A stretch of DNA of 64,000 bases from Candidatus Bathyarchaeota archaeon. Lineage in GTDB: Archaea; Thermoproteota; Bathyarchaeia; TCS64. The notes below the pieces were generated by a model, which made no database searches, was not told the origin of the DNA, and was given only the letters and a program-made list of their open reading frames with translations. The DNA lies in assembly GCA_963769425.1 (NCBI GenBank), contig CAVYLP010000004.1, positions 192,001 through 256,000 on the forward strand, read 5' to 3'. Positions 59,959 through 64,000 of the stretch are shown here, in pieces (positions within the stretch are counted from its first letter, which is position 1; each line of letters begins with the position of its first letter). The position numbers and the translations under genes were made by a program.

Positions 59959-60627
59959 GATAAAATCATTTTCGAGCAGTTCGCGTGAGGGCGCGCGCTT
60001 CTCGTTATCGTTCGCCGGAGCCAGAAGAGTGGCTATTGGAAGCATGGTTCTGTGGTCCAAGGCCACGAGGAGTTTTTATCCCAGGTCGTAGCCTCGACCG
60101 TTTCGTCCGACCAGAGCGTCGAGTCGGAATAGGCGACCCGGCTATCGTCGAGGTGCCTGATGCTCCTCGCCTTGATGAAGCTCGCGTCGAGGAGCACGTC
60201 TACCTCCCTGGATCTGCCTTTGAGGAGACGGATGACCTTCTCCTCGATTATCAGTTGAAGCACATTCCATCCTACTCGTCGAGTGAAGCGGCTGATGACT
60301 GATCTTGGGTAACCTCTCTCGTCACTTTGTATGAGGCAGAGTCGTCTGAGCCGTCGATCCACGTCTAGGATCCGGGTGAGTTCCCGTAGGCTCCTGATCC
60401 CCTTCATACGCATGATTATGAGGGCTCTGAGGATGCCGAGTGGGTTCCTCGGCTTCCTGCCTGGTCCGGTGGTGTGGTAGCAGCCGATGAGCTGTTGCTG
60501 GGCAATGCTTAAGTCGACGTTTCTGAAGAGTGTTTCAAGGGTCTCGTGTTCGTCCTGTCTTATGGATTGGAACTCCTCTGGTTCCCGCCATGGGTGACGA
60601 GACCCTTACTGTCAAGATAAGTTTATC
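59959..60627 (-). mobile_element. Internally deleted IS5/IS1182-like insertion sequence
   Basis: GRKPRNP.GILRAL..SLREL..P.SVISRF..LDASFIKA DDE-type N-terminus; weak inverted ends GATAAAATCATTTTCGAGCAG vs rc GATAAACTTATCTTGACAG. Confidence 0.6.
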
Positions 60628-60683
60628 ATCTATTTAGGGACAGGGCAGACGGTATGAGAAACGTTTTCAGGAATAGACAGTGA

Positions 60684-60831
60684 GGGTGTCGCGGGTGGCC
60701 TAGGCCCGCCGCGCGCTTGGTCCCGATGAGACCCCTAGGGCAGACTGGGCCAGACCCGAGCGGCTACCCGACTGGTCCGAGGAGAGACCCGATAGGAGCG
60801 TGCCGCCCGCAGGCCACCCGAGGTGACACCC
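60684..60831 (+). ncRNA. IS110 bridge-RNA-like structured RNA
   Basis: Outer stem GGGTGTC/GACACCC plus GGGTGGCCT/AGGCCACCC encloses two stem-internal loop-GGTC/GACC hairpin modules, directly upstream of the IS110 ORF. Confidence 0.75.
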
Positions 60832-61656
60832 GTGAAATACGTTGGAATAGACGTCCATAAAAAGATGTGTCAGGCAGCCGTCCTCGACGAGGACGGGACC
60901 CTACTCGATGAACAGCGATTCCCCAACGACCCCGAGGGAATCGAGGAGTTCGCCGGAAAGCTAACCACCTTCCGCTCTGAGATCAGAGCGGTGGTTGAGT
61001 CAACTGGGAACCTCTGGATCCCGATCCATGACAGGCTCGAGACACACGGATTCGACGTGGCCCTATCAAACCCATCAAAGACAAGGCTCATCGCCGAGGC
61101 GAAGGTGAAGACCGACAAGGTCGACGCCAGGACCCTCGCGGGGCTGCTCAGAGCAGACATGCTGCCGACCTGCTACGTGCCCGGGGAGGAGCTCCGGAGC
61201 CGACGTGAGCTCCTGAGGCACCGGCTGAATCTGGTTAAGGTCCGCACCGCTGTCAGGAACAGGATCCATGGGCTGCTCGACAAGCATGGCCTCAGGATGC
61301 CGGAGGTGACCCACTTCAGCAAGGGCAACGTGGAGTGGCTGAAGGGGCTCAGCCTCGGCTTCATGGATGACGCCATACTGCGCAGCGACCTCGCGCTCCT
61401 CGAGACGGTGGACACTCAGGTCAATGTGATCGAGGAGAAGATCGCTGTTCTGGCTGCTGAGGATCCAGGGTGCGGCTGCTGATGACGATGACTGGCGTCG
61501 GCTACTTCACCGCGATGATGGTGGTCTCGGAGGTCGGGGACATCGGTCGCTTCCGCGGTGAGAAGGAGTTCGCGTCCTGGATGGGGTTGGCTCCGTCGGT
61601 GCGTCAGTCGGGGGAGAAGACGAGGATGGGTGGTGTCTCTGGTCCCGGTAACAAGA
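60832..61656 (+). mobile_element. IS110 family recombinase/transposase, frameshift near 61470 and 3'-truncated
   Basis: YVGIDVHK, ESTG, KTDKVDA (DEDD); GVG..TA..EVGDI.RF..GLAPSVRQSG; homology ends after GNK. Confidence 0.9.
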
Positions 61657-61789
61657 GTTTGCTGCAGGGGGGTGGGGCACCGCCGTCACATACGTCAACC
61701 ATCCGACTTTATTCCTTAGTCCGCGCTGAAACTCAATTAGTAAATACCAATGGAATAAATTATTAGGTGGACCCCACCGGGCCCGCCAA

Positions 61790-62029
61790 TTACTGAACAG
61801 GGCCCTTTTTGTCGACTATCGTTGAGATGAAGGTTAAGTTTTTACGACGGTTATCATGTACTGAAAAACCTATTAAACGTGCGTTTGCGCCGTCCAGGTC
61901 ATAGAGATATTCGATCATGTGGGGATTCTCCTGCTGGAGGAGTTGATTGACGTCAAGCTTGTTGACTCCCTCTTCGGTGTTTCGGTAAACTCTTTGTAGA
62001 ATTGTTTCGCCGCCAATTTTTCTAATCAT
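61790..62029 (-). CDS. Hypothetical protein
   Basis: 79-aa ORF only. Confidence 0.35.
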   Translation of the reverse strand: MIRKIGGETILQRVYRNTEEGVNKLDVNQLLQQENPHMIEYLYDLDGANARLIGFSVHDNRRKNLTFISTIVDKKGPVQ

Positions 62030-62058
62030 CTGCCTTGTTTCAAGGTCATGAATTGGAG

Positions 62059-62853
62059 TCAGGGAAGATAACTGAGTCCATCAGGTGGCAGATATGAGGC
62101 AGCCTTCCAGTAGTGCATGAATACATCCCCACACCACTTGAGAGCATCCCCTCCCTTCGCCTTGAAGCCATAGTAATCCAACTTATCATCGAGCGTTGGG
62201 AAGAGGATCCACGGCGCTTCCTTCTCAGACATCACCAAGGAGACTGGCAACTTATTGAGGAACCTTCTCCCCGACCTTGCTGACCTGAGAGGGTAATCCG
62301 GACCCATCCCTTTGAGATAACGAATGTAGGACTCAGAGGGCACTATGTTACTTGGCATAATAATCTTATTCTCGACACCCCTACGAACAGCGTCTTCGGT
62401 CAGCTTGGCGTTGGTTATGTTAGGTTGCTCAACTATGCTCCAAATGTGCTCCTCGGCTTCACCTATCATCTGCTGCATATCAGACAGGCTTGTCACAACA
62501 TCGCTGATCAACGCACATGATGATAGTTCACCTAGCCGATGCTGAAACTCGAGTGGGAGTCCCGCAGCGACGTGAGTCTTGAAATAGGACCTGTTAGTCG
62601 AAAGAAATTCGTATCCGGAGATCAGTTTGATGACTTGCTCAGCGTAGGGTGTCAGGTTATACAGCCCCTTGCCATCCCGGTAGCAGAGGTCGAGGGCGAC
62701 GAGCCGGGCAAGCTGCCGCGAAACCTCCTGGTTGTTGGTTTTAATCTCTGCGGAGAGCTCGGTGAGCTTTAAGGGCTTCCACTGAAGTGTTGTCAGTATG
62801 CGGAGTCTGTCCTCGCTAGACAATTCGAAAAACAGGTCTAGGGAGTCTTTCAA
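62059..62853 (-). CDS. ArsR-like wHTH regulator with FilR1/DUF1724-like C-domain
   Basis: LSSEDRLRIL..VSRQLARL..YNLTPY; YFKTH...LP.EF..RLGEL; W..DVF.HYW. Confidence 0.8.
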   Translation of the reverse strand: MKDSLDLFFELSSEDRLRILTTLQWKPLKLTELSAEIKTNNQEVSRQLARLVALDLCYRDGKGLYNLTPYAEQVIKLISGYEFLSTNRSYFKTHVAAGLPLEFQHRLGELSSCALISDVVTSLSDMQQMIGEAEEHIWSIVEQPNITNAKLTEDAVRRGVENKIIMPSNIVPSESYIRYLKGMGPDYPLRSARSGRRFLNKLPVSLVMSEKEAPWILFPTLDDKLDYYGFKAKGGDALKWCGDVFMHYWKAASYLPPDGLSYLP

Positions 62854-62948
62854 TCATCCTCGACCTTCTAATAACGGACTAGGAATTAACATGATTTATT
62901 CTATGATTTCAAATCTTCCTCCTAAGAGAGGATAAAGACCACTTCCTC

Positions 62949-63230
62949 TTGGTGTCTATTCGACTTGATATGGATGGAAGGATCGAGGAGCACGCCTTCT
63001 CAATCGAGATGAAGTCTAAGAACTCGTTAAATCATATCAGCCTGTCTGACAGGTCGGTTGAGCCCGTTCTTATTCGGGGTGAGCTCGGCGGGTTGGAGGA
63101 TGTATGTCTTCAGGAAGACGTCACACTGGTCGTGAGAGGTGTTAGGGGGACTCTTAGGCTTGAGATAAGTAGAGAGGAGCTTGTGAGGTTTTTGGCCAAC
63201 GGTAACCCCTCGGAGGCTATGAAGAAATGA
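62949..63230 (+). CDS. Hypothetical protein
   Basis: 93-aa ORF coupled (ATGA) to the ABC ATPase. Confidence 0.65.
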   Translation: MVSIRLDMDGRIEEHAFSIEMKSKNSLNHISLSDRSVEPVLIRGELGGLEDVCLQEDVTLVVRGVRGTLRLEISREELVRFLANGNPSEAMKK

Positions 63231-64000
63231 GTCTCGCGATTGAGACTCAGGGTCTTAGTAAATCTTATGGTTCACTGAAGGTGCTTAGGGAACTAAATCT
63301 CAATGTACCCGAGAAATCGATATTCGGCCTCCTTGGACCAAACGGATCCGGGAAAACGACTACTATCAAACTCCTCCTAGGCCTAATCAAACCCACCTCC
63401 GGAGGAGGCACACTTCTAGGACAGGACATCCAGAGAAACAGCGTCGAGGTCAGGAGTCGAATCGGATACCTCGCGCAGGTACCAAGCTACTACAACTACA
63501 TGACCGCCCGCGAGATCCTCCTATTCAAGCTCCGATTCTACTACAGAGGCGAGAAGAAGACATTCGAGAAACGTATCGATGAGACGCTGGGATGGTTGAG
63601 CTCCAGGACAAGGCCGACCGCCCCATCAAGGGATTCTCGGGGGGTGAGAGGCAGCGCCTCGGTCTCGCGCAGGCTGAGGTCCACAGACCCGATCTCCTCA
63701 TACTCGACGAGCCCGCCGCGAACCTCGACCCTGAGGGAAGAAAGGAGGTCCTAGGCTTGATGGAGGGCCTTCGCAGCCATTCCACAATCATCTACTCGAC
63801 ACACATACTCAACGATGTCCAGCATGTGAGCGACACCGTGGCGATCCTTAACAAGGGGAAGCTCCTCGCCGAGGCGCCGATATCTGAGCTCCTCAAGGGT
63901 CCGGGTGCCGCGGTCTACTGCATCACCGTGAAGGGCGACTACCAACCGCTCTGTGGCAGGATCAGATCCCTAGCGTGGGTAATAGGAGTGAATGTTGTCA
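63227..64000 (+). CDS. ABC-2 type transporter ATP-binding protein (frameshift near 63590; runs off window)
   Basis: GPNGSGKT; next frame FSGGERQRLGLAQA, ILDEP, STH. Confidence 0.88.

Larger units (their letters stand above)
55620..61788. mobile_element. tRNA-Arg-anchored genomic island
   Basis: 16-bp direct repeat CCCACCGGGCCCGCCA at 55620-55635 and 61773-61788; lower-GC cargo and IS fragments inside. Confidence 0.7.

Noticed and set aside
59950-59962. GGGGGATAAGA match to the end motif
   Set aside because: Formed by Gly codons plus the stop of the Yip1-like gene and the IS end; no flanking arm or CCCC half.

Overview
Archaeal chromosome segment (histone, TFB, RadA, Nep1, archaeal tRNA-Arg); gene content suggests Bathyarchaeia, which is inference only. 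It is mostly a GC-rich housekeeping and metabolic backbone (ppdK, hypD, engB, DsrEFH-like trio, LemA/DUF2207, peptidases, GNATs) with two accessory regions. (1) About 14.4-25.2 kb: an AT-rich island built around a stand-alone cas1, with no CRISPR array, cas2 or PolB. It holds a second decayed cas1 3' end, three same-orientation copies of a GGTTTGGGGGATA-N6-TA(T/G)CCCC palindromic end motif separating kilobase cargo blocks (Shedu-like nuclease, HEPN-like protein, flavin oxidoreductases), and a divergent Zn-finger/wHTH operon with an operator array. This looks like a tandem array of PolB-less casposon-like elements with CRISPR-like repeat-insert-repeat topology. (2) 55.6-61.8 kb: an island bounded by the tRNA-Arg 3' end and a 16-bp duplicate of it. 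It carries an ABC exporter operon, an IS fragment and an IS110 whose left end folds into a two-loop bridge-RNA-like structure with guide segments matching its own junction. Also notable: an NrdD homologue lacking its catalytic cysteines and Zn ribbon beside an intact NrdG. Many single-base frameshifts across the window probably reflect assembly indel errors.
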